A stretch of DNA of 64,000 nucleotides, taken from positions 578,053-642,052 of the forward strand of contig JALDTO010000179.1 in assembly GCA_023515725.1 (NCBI GenBank). The letters run 5' to 3'. The translations under genes and the position numbers were made by a program. The notes below the pieces were generated by a model. The model saw only the letters and a list, made by a program, of their open reading frames with translations. It searched no databases and had not been told where the DNA came from. Positions 1-13,494 of this stretch are shown here, piece after piece. The DNA comes from Amoeboaphelidium protococcarum X5 (lineage: Eukaryota; Fungi; Aphelidiomycota). Every line of letters starts with the position of its first letter. Positions within the stretch are counted from its first letter, which is position 1.

Positions 1-1347
1 TTATAGAATGACAACTCGAACAGTGAAATGTAGAATGATGATAGTGATGGCGATGATGACGAAGGTATTGAGAACATTGTTCATCCTCATTACTCCACGG
101 TGGAAGATATATCTAATCCCAGGAAGAGTTCTTTAGATATCCGGAATTTGTAGAAATTAAAGACTCCACCAAAGAAATTAGTTACTAGGAAAGTGACAGT
201 CGAAGCTACTCCTCCTAAGCGCGCTAAAAGATTATAAAATCATTTTACATTTTGGCAATTTATGGATCCTCATGAGGAAGACTAGACGTCAAAACCGTTC
301 AAGAAGGGAGCTGTCAACAGGTAATTCAAGATTGTAGAGAAGGTGATCTCGGCCAATATGGAGCACAAACCGAAACTCAAGCCTCTGCCTGTATTCATAA
401 AAGAAGTGCAATAAGCCAAAGTGAAGTCACGTATACCCAAGGATTTATTTCATAACATTGATCCTCAATTCGAGTATCTGTATGTGAAAGAAAAGGAGAG
501 AAGAGACAAGATAATGAAGCCTAAACCAGAGAAACTGTATAAAGAAATTGAAGTGACTGAGGAGCAGGATGCTAGTGTGCTTGAGATGCCATCGTTTGAA
601 AATTACCTTGACTAAGGCTCGATGGGCGGAGACGACGATAGTATGACTAATCTTAATGAAAATCATGGCCCTCCTGCGAACGATGTTGAAGATGATGATG
701 AATTCGACACTGATGCTGATATTCTGTCTGCAGATCTTCATAATTCTCTGAATGGTGAGAGTAATAGGCAAAGTACTTACTCACAAGGCACAGATATGGA
801 CATAGAGCCATCTAATTCCTCAGCTGGTTTCATAGTTGACCAAGTTGTAGTTGAGAAGCCAATCTAATCATTTGAAGATCTTTGCCGACTGAAAATTAAG
901 AACTACATGCAATTAGCCAATGACTACGAGCGGAGGATAGAGTCTAATCTGTCCAAGAATGTAAAGTCATGGGAGAACAGATTGTAGCCTCTTTTGCATG
1001 AATAACACATTCGCGGTGTATTCGATGTGGATATTGTGCGTGAAAGTGTACTTGAAACTTTTTAAGACAAGGTGTAGGAGGAGAAGCGATTGGATTTCTC
1101 ACAGCTAGTCCAGAGATTGCCTGGATGGAATGTATCGCGATGGTTCATCTCCACACTGCATCTGGCGAATGAGGAGCGAATCGTTGTGACAAAGGACGAA
1201 GATTGTAAGATGGTATTGCTGAAACCAGAAGGTAATGTTAATGCTCTGGCTCACTCAAGGCTTATTTCTTAATCTTCTGCTAAACTGGCTAATGAATCGC
1301 AAGAAGACAGTCCTCAGTTGAAATCTAAATCCAAACGCAAGAGATGA
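1..1347 (+). CDS. NCAPH2: Condensin II kleisin subunit CAP-H2 (5'-truncated by window edge)
   Basis: Frame 1 is open to TGA 1345-1347 with TAR=Gln. Contains WQFMDPHEEDQTSKPFKKG (CAP-H2 middle motif) and a C-terminal block SFEDLC...VKSWENRLQPLLHEQHIRGVFDV...FSQLV...VSRWFISTLHLANE matching the CAP-H2 C-terminal domain. Confidence 0.8.
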
Positions 1348-1582
1348 TCGGAATTTTGACGAAACTTTTGATTTCCAAATAAAGTTTATGTTTAAATACG
1401 ACGATTAGATTATTTAAACTTGGTATCACTTTCATAGATTATGGTATAGCGTTAATGGCAAAGTCACACGTAACACGAGACGCGTGTATGCCAAAACGCC
1501 GTTAAAACATTCAAGGACGGGGCGGCGATCAACAACTTTCTCTTTCCGCAGCGCGTTTGAAACGATTTAGAAATTCAAAATT

Positions 1583-3890
1583 ATGGATGAGCAGAGGTCT
1601 CCAAGTTAGCAGTCATAGAGCTAGTAGAGCTCTAATATCAAAGTAGTTTGTAGGTAAGAGTTTAAATTATTTACCCAATCTGCAATATTTCGACTTTTAT
1701 TTTTGTAGATTTCGGCCTCAGAATCAGCTGGAAAAGAGTTAGGATGGCCAAGAGATAATGGAAGTTAGTGGTGACTGTACATCCGTCAAGATTATTGGCA
1801 ATGAATTTTCTGGTAACTTTACTTTTGACCACGTATTTGATGGTAGCTCTGAGTAGAGGCAAGTCTTTGAGCTTTGTGGTCTCCCGCTTATTGATTAATG
1901 TTTCGATGGTTTCAATTCTACACTGTTCTGTTATGGTTAGACGTCCAGTGGTAAATCGTATACAATGATGGGCAGTGATATTGATGATGAATCTCGTAAA
2001 GGTCTCACACCAAGACTTGCAGAAGCGATATTTAAGCGGATTGAGGATGCCCCTCCGTAATTTGAATTCACTGTGCAGACATCGTTTATCGAGATTTATA
2101 TGGAGAAGATTCGGGATCTTTTGTGCCCATAAAATGATAATCTTCCTATTCATGAAGACAAATCGCGGGGTGTTTACATCAAAGGGTTGTAGGAAGTTTA
2201 TGTCAGTAATGTGGATGAAGTTTATGAGGTGCTAAGAACGGGAGAAAGTTATCGACAAGTGTCTGCAACTAACATGAATGAACAAAGTTCTCGGTCTCAT
2301 TCAATCTTTATCATCACTATTAATTAGAAAGATACTGCTACCGGTACAATCAAAAGTGGGCGATTATATCTCACAGATCTGGCTGGAAGTGAAAAGGTTG
2401 GCAAGACTGGAGCCACGGGATAGACGCTAGAGGAAGCCAAGAAGATCAATAAATCGCTGAGTGCACTTGGTATGGTTATCAATAATTTGACTGATGGTAA
2501 ATCGACTCACATTCCATATAGAGACTCTAAACTTACTCGAATCCTATAAGAATCGCTGGGAGGTAATTCAAAGACAACTCTGATTATCAACTGTTCGCCA
2601 TCATCATTCAATGAAGCAGAGACGGTATCGACTCTTCGTTTTGGTACTCGAGCTAAAACTATAAAGAATAAGGCTGTAGTCAATGTGGAGTTGTCGAATA
2701 GTGAGCTGAAGGTGCAAGTGAAAAAATTGAATATGAGTGTAGTCAACATGCAATAGTACATTTAGAGCTTGGAAACGGAACTGTAAGTATGGCGTTCAGG
2801 TGGGCAAGTCAGTGAGGAAAAGAGAGCATCACTAGTCTCAAGCTCTCAACTAAATGGCAATATCACTCCTACGAGAGAAGCATCGTCGTCAGCATCATAA
2901 TCTGTCAAGATTCCGCGCTCTGGCTCTCCTCTCACACTCACTATTGATGAACGACAAGAATTTATGGATCGAGAGAATGAGTTGAATGATTAATTGGCAC
3001 AGAAAGAGAAGGAGTTGGACGATCATCGTAATCTAATTGCTTCTCTCAGCGATGAATTGACCACCGCAAAGGCTTAATGTTCTCAATTCGAAGTTGATAA
3101 TCATGAACTTACCGCCAAGTATTCTGACTTGAAATTGTAGTTGGAAAAATAGAATTTGGAGCATCAGGATTTAGTCATCACGTTTGAAGCATTGAAAGAG
3201 TAAAATACTTTGCTCTAAAAGACTCTTGAAGAATCTCAAAATGTCCCACAAATAGATGGCCAGAATGCTGATACTTCTGATAAAGTCGGTTCAGAGAGCC
3301 ATAATCAAGATGAATATAATTAAGAAATTGAATTACTTCAGTAGAGCTTGTCGCGTAAAGAGTAGGAACTGGAGCAGTTGAGGTTATCTTAATTCAATGC
3401 TAGCGAGAAACCTGTGGATGAACAACTTAAATCTCTCATGGTAGACTTGCAGGACAGGTGTCAGAAAGTGGTGGATTTACAAGTACAGTTGGATGAGGCG
3501 TAGGATAAGAATCGATAGCTATAAAGCTCTCAGAATTAGAGAGAGTATCAGCGGAAAATGCAAGTTTTGGAGAAATCAATTGATCAACTGACAACAGTTT
3601 AGAAGCAGTTGGTTGATTAAAATCTGGCTCTTAAAACCAATTTTGATATCGCACAGCGCAAGATTTCTAATAGAGATGCTAGGATTGCTGATTTAGAAAA
3701 GTTATTCCAGGAGTTTAACTAGAAGTTGGCCTCAAATCAGATGGCTCACGAGAAGTAGGTAGCTAAACTGGAGGCTAGCATACAATAACTGACTCAGCAT
3801 AATCTTGATCTGCGCGCCAAATTCTCCTTCGGTTCTGGTAATGTTAAGAAGCCACTCAAAGGTGGTCTCAAAAGTCCATTAAAAGACTGA
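1583..3890 (+). CDS. Kinesin-1 heavy chain; intron 1654-1708
   Basis: NIKVVCRFRP across the intron, [13 protein letters not shown]-loop (Q=TAG), [33 protein letters not shown], coiled coil, C-terminal VKKPLKGG (IAK-like) motif, TGA stop. Confidence 0.95.
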
Positions 3891-4013
3891 ATACATTCAG
3901 AGTAATATTAGTCCGCATGTCATAGAACGCTACTTGATCACGCTCTGTCCGGCTTAAATCTCAAGAAAATATGATCAACTCTCAAGTTTTGTAATTTAAC
4001 CGAATATATTCAT

Positions 4014-4262
4014 TCATTAGTTGCTATTAGATTACTGCTTCTTGGCCTTGTCTATAGCCTGATCCAGCTTCTTCTCTTTAAGAGCAATAATGATACAGGC
4101 GCGATATTCGTCAAACAGCTCCTTGCATGGCTCATTATTGTTCTCATCAACCTGCAGGCGATTATCTTTAGTCTACTGCAAAAACACGTCAGCATACCAC
4201 TGATTAAAACAATCCTCATAGTTCTACTTCAATTCCGTACATTCCTTCCTCATCGACTCCAT
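4014..4262 (-). CDS. MDM35: Mdm35/TRIAP1 twin-Cx9C mitochondrial lipid-transfer cofactor
   Basis: MESMRKECTELKQNYEDCFNQWY...PCKELFDEYRACI with TAG=Gln. Not present in the standard-code ORF track. Confidence 0.9.
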
Positions 4263-4524
4263 AATTTTATGAGTAGATTTCGATAAAAGTAAATAGGCCG
4301 CTTCCTACTGTAACTGTGATGGAAATAAAGAGGCAGTATAAGCGCGTACTACGTTGTAATTTTCTGCTAAATGCAATTGGCCCCTAAGTTTGCTATAGAA
4401 AACGAAAAATTTGTCACGTAGTCTGTCTCTCTCTATTTCTCACTGAAAATCAATCAAACTTGATCCTTTTGATATTAAAATAGAGGAAGTGATAGATATC
4501 TAATTGCATACTATAATAATAATA

Positions 4525-4902
4525 ATGAGCGTTAATCCTAAAGCATATCCACTGGCAGACTCTGAGTTGAGTCAGAAAATCTTGGATCTAGTACAGCAGG
4601 CTTCTCACTACAAGCAGCTGAAGAAGGGAGCCAATGAGGCCACCAAGACTCTGAATCGCGGTATCTCTGAGTTTATCGTGATGGCTGCCGATGCCTCTCC
4701 TATTGAAATCATTTTGCATCTGCCTCTGCTGTGTGAAGATAAGAATGTTCCGTACGTGTTTGTGCCTAGCAAGACTGCTCTGGGCAGAGCATGTGGTGTC
4801 ACTCGCCCAGTGATCTCTTGCTCCGTGACCAGCAACGACGCGTCTGAATTGCGCAATCAGATTCAGGCCATCAAGCTGTCCATCGAGAAGCTGTTGATTT
4901 GA
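4525..4902 (+). CDS. SNU13: Snu13/15.5K kink-turn RNA-binding protein
   Basis: [12 protein letters not shown]...[20 protein letters not shown]...[18 protein letters not shown]. Confidence 0.97.
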   Translation: MSVNPKAYPLADSELSQKILDLVQQASHYKQLKKGANEATKTLNRGISEFIVMAADASPIEIILHLPLLCEDKNVPYVFVPSKTALGRACGVTRPVISCSVTSNDASELRNQIQAIKLSIEKLLI

Positions 4903-5252
4903 TTGTCCCGTTGAATTAATATCACACTTGACTCAATAGAATTTTTAATTCATTTCTCTCCAGTTTAAGTATTATACTTTTATACTTTCTATCGATGGGA
5001 GATAGTGCTGAACTCTCATATAGTAAGCCTTTAGCTGAATCTCGCTTGGTTGACTAAACGTTAAATTTGGCGTTTTGCCGTCGCTTCGTTTCGCCCGTTT
5101 GTGCTTTGGGGGAATTCTTTGTTTCTTATTTTTTTGTTCCGTCTATCTCCTTTTATTTTGTGTGAGTGAGTGGATTAATTAGACATTTTCTGACTATTTG
5201 TACATAGCTCTTATATTTTGAACAACTAAAATTATACTCTGTACTCTGAGAA

Positions 5253-6299
5253 ATGGTATGCTCATCCTCTATAGTTAAAGTTGTAACATTCACTTTTCAT
5301 CTTTGAATATGTAGGCTGATTCGTTGGATTGTGCTCTGGATCTTATGAGGAGACTGCCACCTCAGAAAGTTGAGGAGAATTTGGCAGCATTGATTGATAT
5401 CTAGCCAGATCTTACTGAGGACTTGTTGTCTGCTGTGGATCAGCCTTTGAAAGTTTAGCTTTGCAAGAAGACTAATAGAGAGTACTTGTTATGTGATTAT
5501 AACAGAGACGGCGATTCTTACAGGTACGTTTGCTAATTTACTTTGACTTCTCAATCGCTTACTGCATTTGTTATGTACTTTGTTATCAATGTAGAAGTCC
5601 ATGGTCTAACTAGTATGAGCCGTCGTTACCTGATGGAGCTGTACCGTCTGACTCTCTTAGAAAGATGGAAGTCGCTGCTAATGAGGCATTTGATACCTAC
5701 CGCGACTTGTACTTTGAAGGTGGTGTGTCGTCAGTCTATATGTGGGATCTTGATGATGGATTTGCAGCTGTTGTTCTTATCAAGAAGAGTAAGGTTTTCA
5801 TATTATAATGGCCTAATTTACTTGATTAATACATCGTTATATGATCATCATTGTAGGCGCGGACGGTGGAAAGAAGGTGAAAGGCAGCTGGGACTCTATT
5901 CATGTAGTGGAGGTGCATGAGACCAAGAAGACTAATTCTCACTACAAACTGACGTCCACAGTCATGTTGTATATGTTGACTAATAAGCCTCAGACTGGTG
6001 ATGTCAACTTGTCTGGCTCAATGACGAGATAGGTGGAGTCTGATCTGCCTCTTGAGTTGGTATCCTCCGGCCCAAGTGGAAAAGAGAAGGACAATCATGC
6101 ATCCCATATTGCCAATATTGGCAGATTGATTGAGGATATGGAGTTTAAGATGAGACACTCACTTCAAGATATCTACTTTGGCAAGACCAAGGATATTGTC
6201 AATGATCTGCGCAGTGTCGTTCCATTAAGTGAGAAATCCAAGGTGGACAATGTGCAGAAGGAGTTAGCTGCCAAGTTGAATGAGAAGAGTACCAAGTGA
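5253..6299 (+). CDS. CAP2: F-actin capping protein beta subunit; introns 5256-5314, 5524-5594, 5789-5856
   Basis: ATG-only first exon, then [70 protein letters not shown]. Confidence 0.95.
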
Positions 6300-6559
6300 T
6301 CGTCGTCGTAGTATGTGTGTCGGAGCGGTGTATATTGATCGTATGAACTGTTGGAAATAATTTACTAGCCTAATTTTTGTTTGATTGCTATATTTTGAAA
6401 TTGACGCAATACTGCATCATTCATAGAGAGTAAGTGCTCAGTGTTTCTCACTCTTTAGCTGTCTTTTGTGCGGTGAGATTTAATCCATTTTCAGGCTTCC
6501 CGTTTCAGAGAGACGTATTTTGTTTCACTCAGTTGGAAGAACCAGTGAGCTCTTTCTCC

Positions 6560-8534
6560 ATGAGCACATTTGCTTGTAATTTAATTATGGATTTGTTCAA
6601 GTAACAGCATATAGATTATCTTAATACTGCTTTGCAATAGTCTTCTACAGACTTGCATAAGGTATTTTATTTTGTGAATTTTAGTACCATGATGTGTTAG
6701 TTTTAATTTTTTGTAGGTATTTGAATTGGATGCAACTTGTAGTATTGTCAGATGTAGTGCTCGAAATGGGGATCTAATGTCTACCGCGTTTGGAGTTGAT
6801 GACTTTCATTTGATCTTCTCTTCGTAATCTCAGATGAATTACCTTCAGGGGAAACAACGTACTAGAATTCTGGACGTAGACTTGAATATTTAAAGTTCTG
6901 TCAATTTGAAGCCGATATAGATGCCTGGTGCCAACTGTGTGCCTGTTTCTGTACATGTCGCGCGTTATTTCTGCTCGCTTGTTTCAGTCGCGTTTCAGAA
7001 CGGATCTCTGGCGATTAGTGAAAGAGATACTCACTGTGTATTAGTATTATGCTAGTTTGAGAATGGAACTACTGGGTATTACGGCATTTAGGTTGCAAAT
7101 GGATAGGTTCATCTTATTGATAGTGTGAGTCGTAGTCGTTCTACTGTTTAAGCTGGCATTCCGTTTTTGGATGTCACTGCTAGAGATAGTTGCCGCGTTA
7201 ATTGCGACTACAATCTGATGAATAATGATTACCTCTCTTAGTCTGACTCGCAGAATTAGATCAATGTCTGTCTAAGCTATGCTCTTAATTAAGTTGGTTC
7301 TGAATTCTCCCTTAATAAACTACCGTAGAAATTTGAAGCCTCATTGAATGTAAAATTATGTCCAATGTCATTTGATGGTTCCTTCCAATTGTAGTAGATT
7401 AAATGTCAATACTTGGCGTTGGTCAATTTGAATAAGATTAAAAATGCTGATCAAGGCGTAGATCTTTGGACTGGTCTGAGGAATAAAGTGAGTGCTAGTA
7501 TGTAGGTCGATAATTTCTTGGAATCCTATGTTTAAGGTAGAGCTGTAGAGTACTTTCAACAATTGCAATAGCACGACATTGACGATTAGGAAGATGTTCT
7601 TGACAGTGATTTAGATTAGAAGATGTTCCGGCAGGATTAGGATTTCTGTGACTTTCTGTGGACTTTCTGCTAGTAAACGGTAAACTAGACTGATTATGTG
7701 CAGGTGATGAATGCTATTGCTGATTCCCTTGAGTCTGGAACTTTGCTCCCCGCACTGAGAAAGAACAATGATACGTAGCTGTCTTAGTTGATTAGCGAAA
7801 GCAATTATCTACACAGTGATCGTCATATTGTTGATTTGCAAGAAAAGCAGTCTAATATTTCATCTTAGTTTGATTACTGGTTGTAGGAGCCTTCGGAAGA
7901 CGTTGAAGTGTCGCCATCATTGCAACTCCTCATTGAAATTGGTTATAACAAATTATGGGCTGATCTGTAACATATATTTATTGCTCAAAAACTGCTCTCT
8001 TAGTATGAGTTGAATCAGTTCTTCAACACGTCGTCACTAACTGAGAAGATCAATAAGCTTGGCCTGTTGTTGGTACTGAGTTAACTTTTATATCTGCTGA
8101 AAAGTAATCTGTTTGGATTGGGTGCAGATAATATACGCGTTATTGTCTAGAATGCCTTTTCCTGTCTAGTTAAAGCTGTCAAATCTAATAGCAACTTAAA
8201 TGATCTCACATATTAGTTTAGCTATACATTGCCTAAATACTCTGCCGGAACTGTGAATTGTATGTCCGCTCTATGCTCCACAATGCACCCCGAGATGGTG
8301 AATTTGACTTATGAGTCAAAGTTCTCCACCAAGCGTCTACTGTTCATGAATAAATCTATACATGGATGTTTTCGAAATGGTGGTCTCGTTCATGGTCAGA
8401 ACTATCAATGTAAAAATGATGAAGATCTGATGGATGATTCTTAAGAGCTTGAATCTGATATTAACAGTGATGATGCTTATGACGATATTAACAATGCCCT
8501 GTATAATGTGGAAGAAATAACGATTGATAAATGA
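6560..8534 (+). CDS. ZWILCH: Zwilch, RZZ kinetochore-corona subunit; intron 6662-6716
   Basis: One frame open to TGA 8532-8534 under table 6. RQDQDFCDFLW, LQLLIEIGYNKLWADL and IAQKLLSQYELNQFF resemble animal Zwilch segments (RSDLDFAEQLW, VQMLLEIGLDKLKKDY, IGQELASLNHLEYF, recalled from memory). Confidence 0.7.
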
Positions 8535-8643
8535 GACGATTGAATCATAATAATGCTATACAATTTCTCTTTATTTAAACTTCAGTAATATTCTAAATGA
8601 TAATCATCTGGTCCATTCCACAAACAGCATTACCCCACAGTCA

Positions 8644-10926
8644 TCAAATCTTCTTACTTATCTTGATACCGTCATCCTTATCAGTGTCAACCATAAAAGC
8701 ATCGCCATTCTTAATGTTTCCCTCCAGAATCAGCATAGACATTGGATTGAGCAGCTACTTCTGGATAAGACGATTTAAAGGCCTTGCACCATACACTGGA
8801 TCATATCCCTGGTCAGCTAGCCACTTCTTGGCCTATTCAGACACTTCCATCTTCAACTGACGGCTCTCTAGTCTCTTGGACACGTCACCCAGACGCAGTT
8901 CAAGAATATCTCTAAGCACTTTGCGATCTAGTCTGTTGAACACAATCAGGTCATCAATTCTGTTTATAAACTCTGGGGAGTAATGATGCCTAACAACTTC
9001 CAATACTTCCTATTTTTGGAAATCAGGGACTATACCACTATCAGAGTTGGATGTGGCTTACTCTGCCAGCACTTCCGATCCCAAATTACTAGTCATTATA
9101 ATCATGGCGTTCCGGAAATCAATTTTGCGTCCTTTATTGTCAGTCAAGTGCCCCTCGTCCAACACCTGAAGGAGCAGGTTGGACACATCTCTATGAGCCT
9201 TCTCAAATTCATCCAACATCAAAATGGAGTACGGTTTTCTACGCATAGCCTCAGTCAGCTATCCGGATTCTTCGTATCCCACATAGCCGGCAGGAGCACC
9301 TATGAGCTTACTCACAGAATGCTTTTCCATGTATTCACTCATATCAATCCTTGTAATGGCATTCTCGGTATTGAATAAGAATTCCGCTAGAGCCTTACAA
9401 AGCTCAGTCTTACCAACTCCAGTACCACCCAGGAACATGAATGATGCGATAGGTCGATTGCCAGCATGAAGTCCAGCACGTGATAAACGAACAGCCTGAG
9501 CCACGGCTCTAATAGCCTCGTCTTGACCAACTACTCTACGCGTCAGAGCTTCCTCCATATGGATCAGTTTCTCCCTCTCACCTCGCATCAGATTAGACAC
9601 GGGAATACCTGTGGCTCGACTGACAACATTGGCAATGTCTCGACTCGTCACTTTCTCTCTTACCATCAAATCTTCTCCTTCATCCACAGCATCCTCATCC
9701 AATGTATCAACCTTTGGAATAGAAGCCTCCAACTGCGGAATTACACCATAACGGAGTTCACTTGCACGACCAAGATCTCCACTTCTAGATGCGAGTTCCA
9801 AATCATGACGTGCACGCTCTAATTCCATCTTCTTCTCTTTAATCACATCCAATCTCTCCTTCTACTGCTGCCACTTCTCGCTGAGCTCTCTGGATTGGCC
9901 CTACTTCTCCCTAATCTACTCTGCAAGTAATTCACGTCGCTACACACTGGCAGGATCAGTTTCCTTCTTCAAAGATTCCAGTTCAATCTGCATTGTGATG
10001 ATAGATCTATCAAGCTGTTCAATAGATTCTGGTTTTGATTCCTACTCCATTCGCAATTTACTACAGGCTTCATCAACTAGATCCACCGCTTTATCTGGTA
10101 AGAATCTATCAGCAATATATCGCTTTGAATTAACAGCAGCAGATACTAATGCATTATCAGCAATTTACACTCCATGATGTACTTCATACTTATCGCGCAA
10201 GCCACGGAGAATAGTAATTGTATCTTCCACAGTCGGCTCATCGACCATGATTGCTTAAAATCTACGCGCCAAAGCAGCGTCCTTCTCGATGTACTTACGA
10301 TATTCATCAATCGTAGTGGCTCCACAGCAATAAAACTTGCCGCGCGCCAGCATTGGCTTCAGCATATTACCAGCATCCATAGAGCCTTCTGCCTTGCCCA
10401 AGCCTAAGAGCATGTGCATTTCATCCACAAACAAAATCACCTATCCCTCTGAGTCAGTGATATCCTTCAGTACAGCCTTCAATCTATCTTCAAACTCACC
10501 GCGATACTTGGCACCTGCAATGAGCGATCCCAAATCTAGAGCAAATACCTTCTTATCCTTGATTGAGTCAGGCACCTCACCTTTAGCAATACGCTGAGCT
10601 AAACCTTCAATGATGGCAGTTTTACCAACACCAGCCTCACCGATCAACACTGGATTGTTCTTGGTGCGACGTGATAAAACTTGAATGGTCCTTCTAATTT
10701 CCTCCTCTCTCCCAATTACGGGATCCAGCTTACCTTACTATGCCAGCTCTGTCAAATCTGCCGCATATTGCGATAGCGCAGGGAACTTGCCACCCGCATT
10801 CTAATCAGTTCTCAGTCTGAATCCTTATTTACCAACAGCGAAATGCCTAGCAGTGTTCAATTATGGACTATGGAGTGATAGCTTCTTTCCTTTTGATAAT
10901 TACTAGTTTCTAATTACGCGCAACAT
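8644..10926 (-). CDS. HSP78: Mitochondrial ClpB-type disaggregase Hsp78
   Basis: Basic presequence MLRVIRN..., no Clp-N domain, [28 protein letters not shown], two AAA+ modules ([16 protein letters not shown]). All ORF-track fragments join in one frame via TAR=Gln. Confidence 0.93.
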
Positions 10927-11301
10927 TATTAATATCAATATCAGCACTCCAACTAAATATGACGCGAGTAATATTTTTGATAAAACAATCTGCGCGAAGA
11001 GACCATCAATGCTCGATCAGAGCTCTCCCAAAACCGCGCAGAACGATAAAGATCACGGGCGAACTTGATAGAAACAATATGCTCACCATTCATTCTACAC
11101 TGTTAAGTCAGTATTCCTGTTATGAAGTAGTAAATGAAGGTATTCCAAGGGCTTCAGTTTACAAATTCCCGCGTTGTTCCTAAAGTTTTATAATAATTGA
11201 TTTTCAACCAGACGCGTTTATATTGTCTTTTCCCTTTCTTAGTTCATACTTGATTTCCATCAAAGTGTTAATTGTATATCGCGCCAAGCTTCTTGTTAAA
11301 T

Positions 11302-11622
11302 ATGGACAAAATAGTCTTGCCTTTAGGTATATTTATATTACAAGATTTATCGATAGCTTTATAATGTCTGAGTGATGCATCTAATGTAGAGCTTATGGAC
11401 AAGTCAATCGGGAAGAGATTGTGGATAGTACTAAAGGATTATAGTGAAATCATTGGAAACCTGGTGGGATTTGATGAATTTGTAAACATAGTTCTGAGTG
11501 ACGTACAAGAGAAGGAGATTAAATCTGATGGTTAAAGTTCTATTAGAAAGTGTCCGGAAATGCTGCTAAATGGCGCGTCAGTTTCCGTTCTGATTCCAAA
11601 CTATGAGGGAAATGCATTTTGA
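11302..11622 (+). CDS. LSM5: U6 snRNA-associated Sm-like protein LSm5; intron 11327-11389
   Basis: MDKIVLPLELMDKSIGKRLWIVLK...GNLVGFDEFVNIVL...MLLNGASVSVLIP. Confidence 0.9.
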
Positions 11623-11671
11623 CCTGATTATAACATGTTCATTATCCGCTTATCCTTGTACAAGAGTTAAT

Positions 11672-13286
11672 TCATAAAGCTTTCATAATAGCATTCACCA
11701 TCTCGGTGACCGTGCTGAAGTTATTAGAATTTTGAACGTCCTACCATACACTTTGCATAATAATACGAGATCATGAATCTAACGCCAAGACGGAGCTTAC
11801 CTGAACTTTATCAGCAATTGATGTTGGCTATACATTAATCAACTCAAATCCGCTATTACTTACGCCGTCTGTGACGACGGAGAGATCCATAGGATACTAG
11901 CGATCCAATTTTAATGCCAGAATCACGTCCTTCTTCTGCACAATCATAGTGTCTGGATGTTTGGCAACGTTATAATCGACACGAAACTGTTTCTTCAAAT
12001 TCTCCACCTCGTGCAGACGTCTCTAAAACGTGCGTAGGCGTGATTGCAGTTGAATGATCAGCATATGCAGACTGACTTGCTTTACATTTGTAATTATATT
12101 ATCCAGAGGAAAGTTGGAGTTCCACTACAAAACAATATTAATTTAAAGACTGGCGCTAATTTGAAATACATACCTTGACTTGATTGACAGACAAATCCTA
12201 AGCGAATTCAATTATAGCAGTAGTCGCTCTTTAAGTACCGCTCTCAAACTAAACAGTCATCACATTCTGTTCAGAATCAATAGCCAACTGATACCCAAGA
12301 TGTCTCTCCAGAAATTGCAAACAGCTCTCATACTTTACACGCAGAGAGTCAGACTTCTGCTTGAGCTTTTCATTCTAAATGCGCTGATCGTTTAAAGCTT
12401 CCTGCTTTGTCAGTAAATTCTGTTTCAAAATTTGAATTTCAGATTCCAATTCTTCCTTCTTCGCGCTGCTCTCGTACAGTTCTCCCGTCATGTCGTTCAA
12501 TTGCACTTCCAGTGCCATTCTTTACGTGTTCTACGCAATAAATTGGGGGTTTTAATTGAATAATGGTATGCTAGATGTAAAATACCTGCTACTCAACCTC
12601 CTGTTCAACTTGCTGCAAAGTTGGCCTTTCAAATATCTTTTCCACCTCAACCAGGTGTTTAACTTCATTGCTCTACCAGTGTATAATTAAAATAAACTAA
12701 TGATAATGGTTGCGATTAATACCTTATGAATATTATCAGCCAGAATCTGATTTGTTTCAGTCATGCGCTGGTTGATCTCTTCGCGCGTAATTTAAATCTG
12801 ATCTAACCCGTCGTTAACTCCTTTACGTGAGCTTGCCATCTTATTTATAATTTCTTGATACGCCTCAGACAATTTCTTAACGTCAGCACCTACATTTGAT
12901 AAAATTGAATGACGGTGTCAACAATAATATATTCTGAAACCATACTGCTTTGTAGCGTGTCAAACTGCTCAGTAGACTTTGAAGGATCAACTTTCATCAA
13001 CTCCTCCAGAAATAACTTCATAGTCTAAGACTTTATAAACTTTTCTTGAGCTTTTAAAAATTATTCCTACACCGTATTCGGGATATTGCAGATGAACTAT
13101 ATGCCTATTAGTTGATGTTACCTTGAGCAATAGTTTCTTGTCTTTCACACTCTCCAAGTCTCGCTGTATGTCATCTACTTTACCGTAGACTGTTTCAGCT
13201 TACTCTTGCAATGAATCCAATTAGCTACATTTACAGCCAATTACAGTAAGACTGCGTTAGCATACGATATCATACTTTAGAGTCAT
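11672..13286 (-). CDS. Coiled-coil plus putative double-RWD kinetochore protein (Zwint-1/Sos7/Kre28-like); about 7 short introns
   Basis: Exons join through GT..AG introns (e.g. 13225-13275, 13067-13121). FIKSQTMKLFLEEL resembles the Sos7 Y.EQ.TK..FL pattern, followed by a long coiled coil and an RWD-like C-terminus (LQSRLRTFQRRLHEVENLKKQFRVDY...LKLDRQYP). The gene is real; the family call is tentative. Confidence 0.45.
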
Positions 13287-13494
13287 CTTGGAAAATTAAG
13301 GCAATGTTCCGGTAATGAGTTTGCGTTTGAAGCAGAAAGAGGTAAGTAGTATCGAACAGTCAAGGCAAAAGCCTGAAACGAAACAACACGCGACGCGAAA
13401 TGAAGATTATCAATCTGGGTGATTAGTCCGCGAAAATGGAGCATGCTATATTTTTAAACGAGTATTTGAAAGGTACGAAATCTTGGCTCAACTT

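Noticed and set aside
445-2153. Antisense ORFs in the track (e.g. 445-771, 1671-2153, and similar ones elsewhere)
   Set aside because: They are shadows of real genes on the opposite strand and carry no recognisable motifs.
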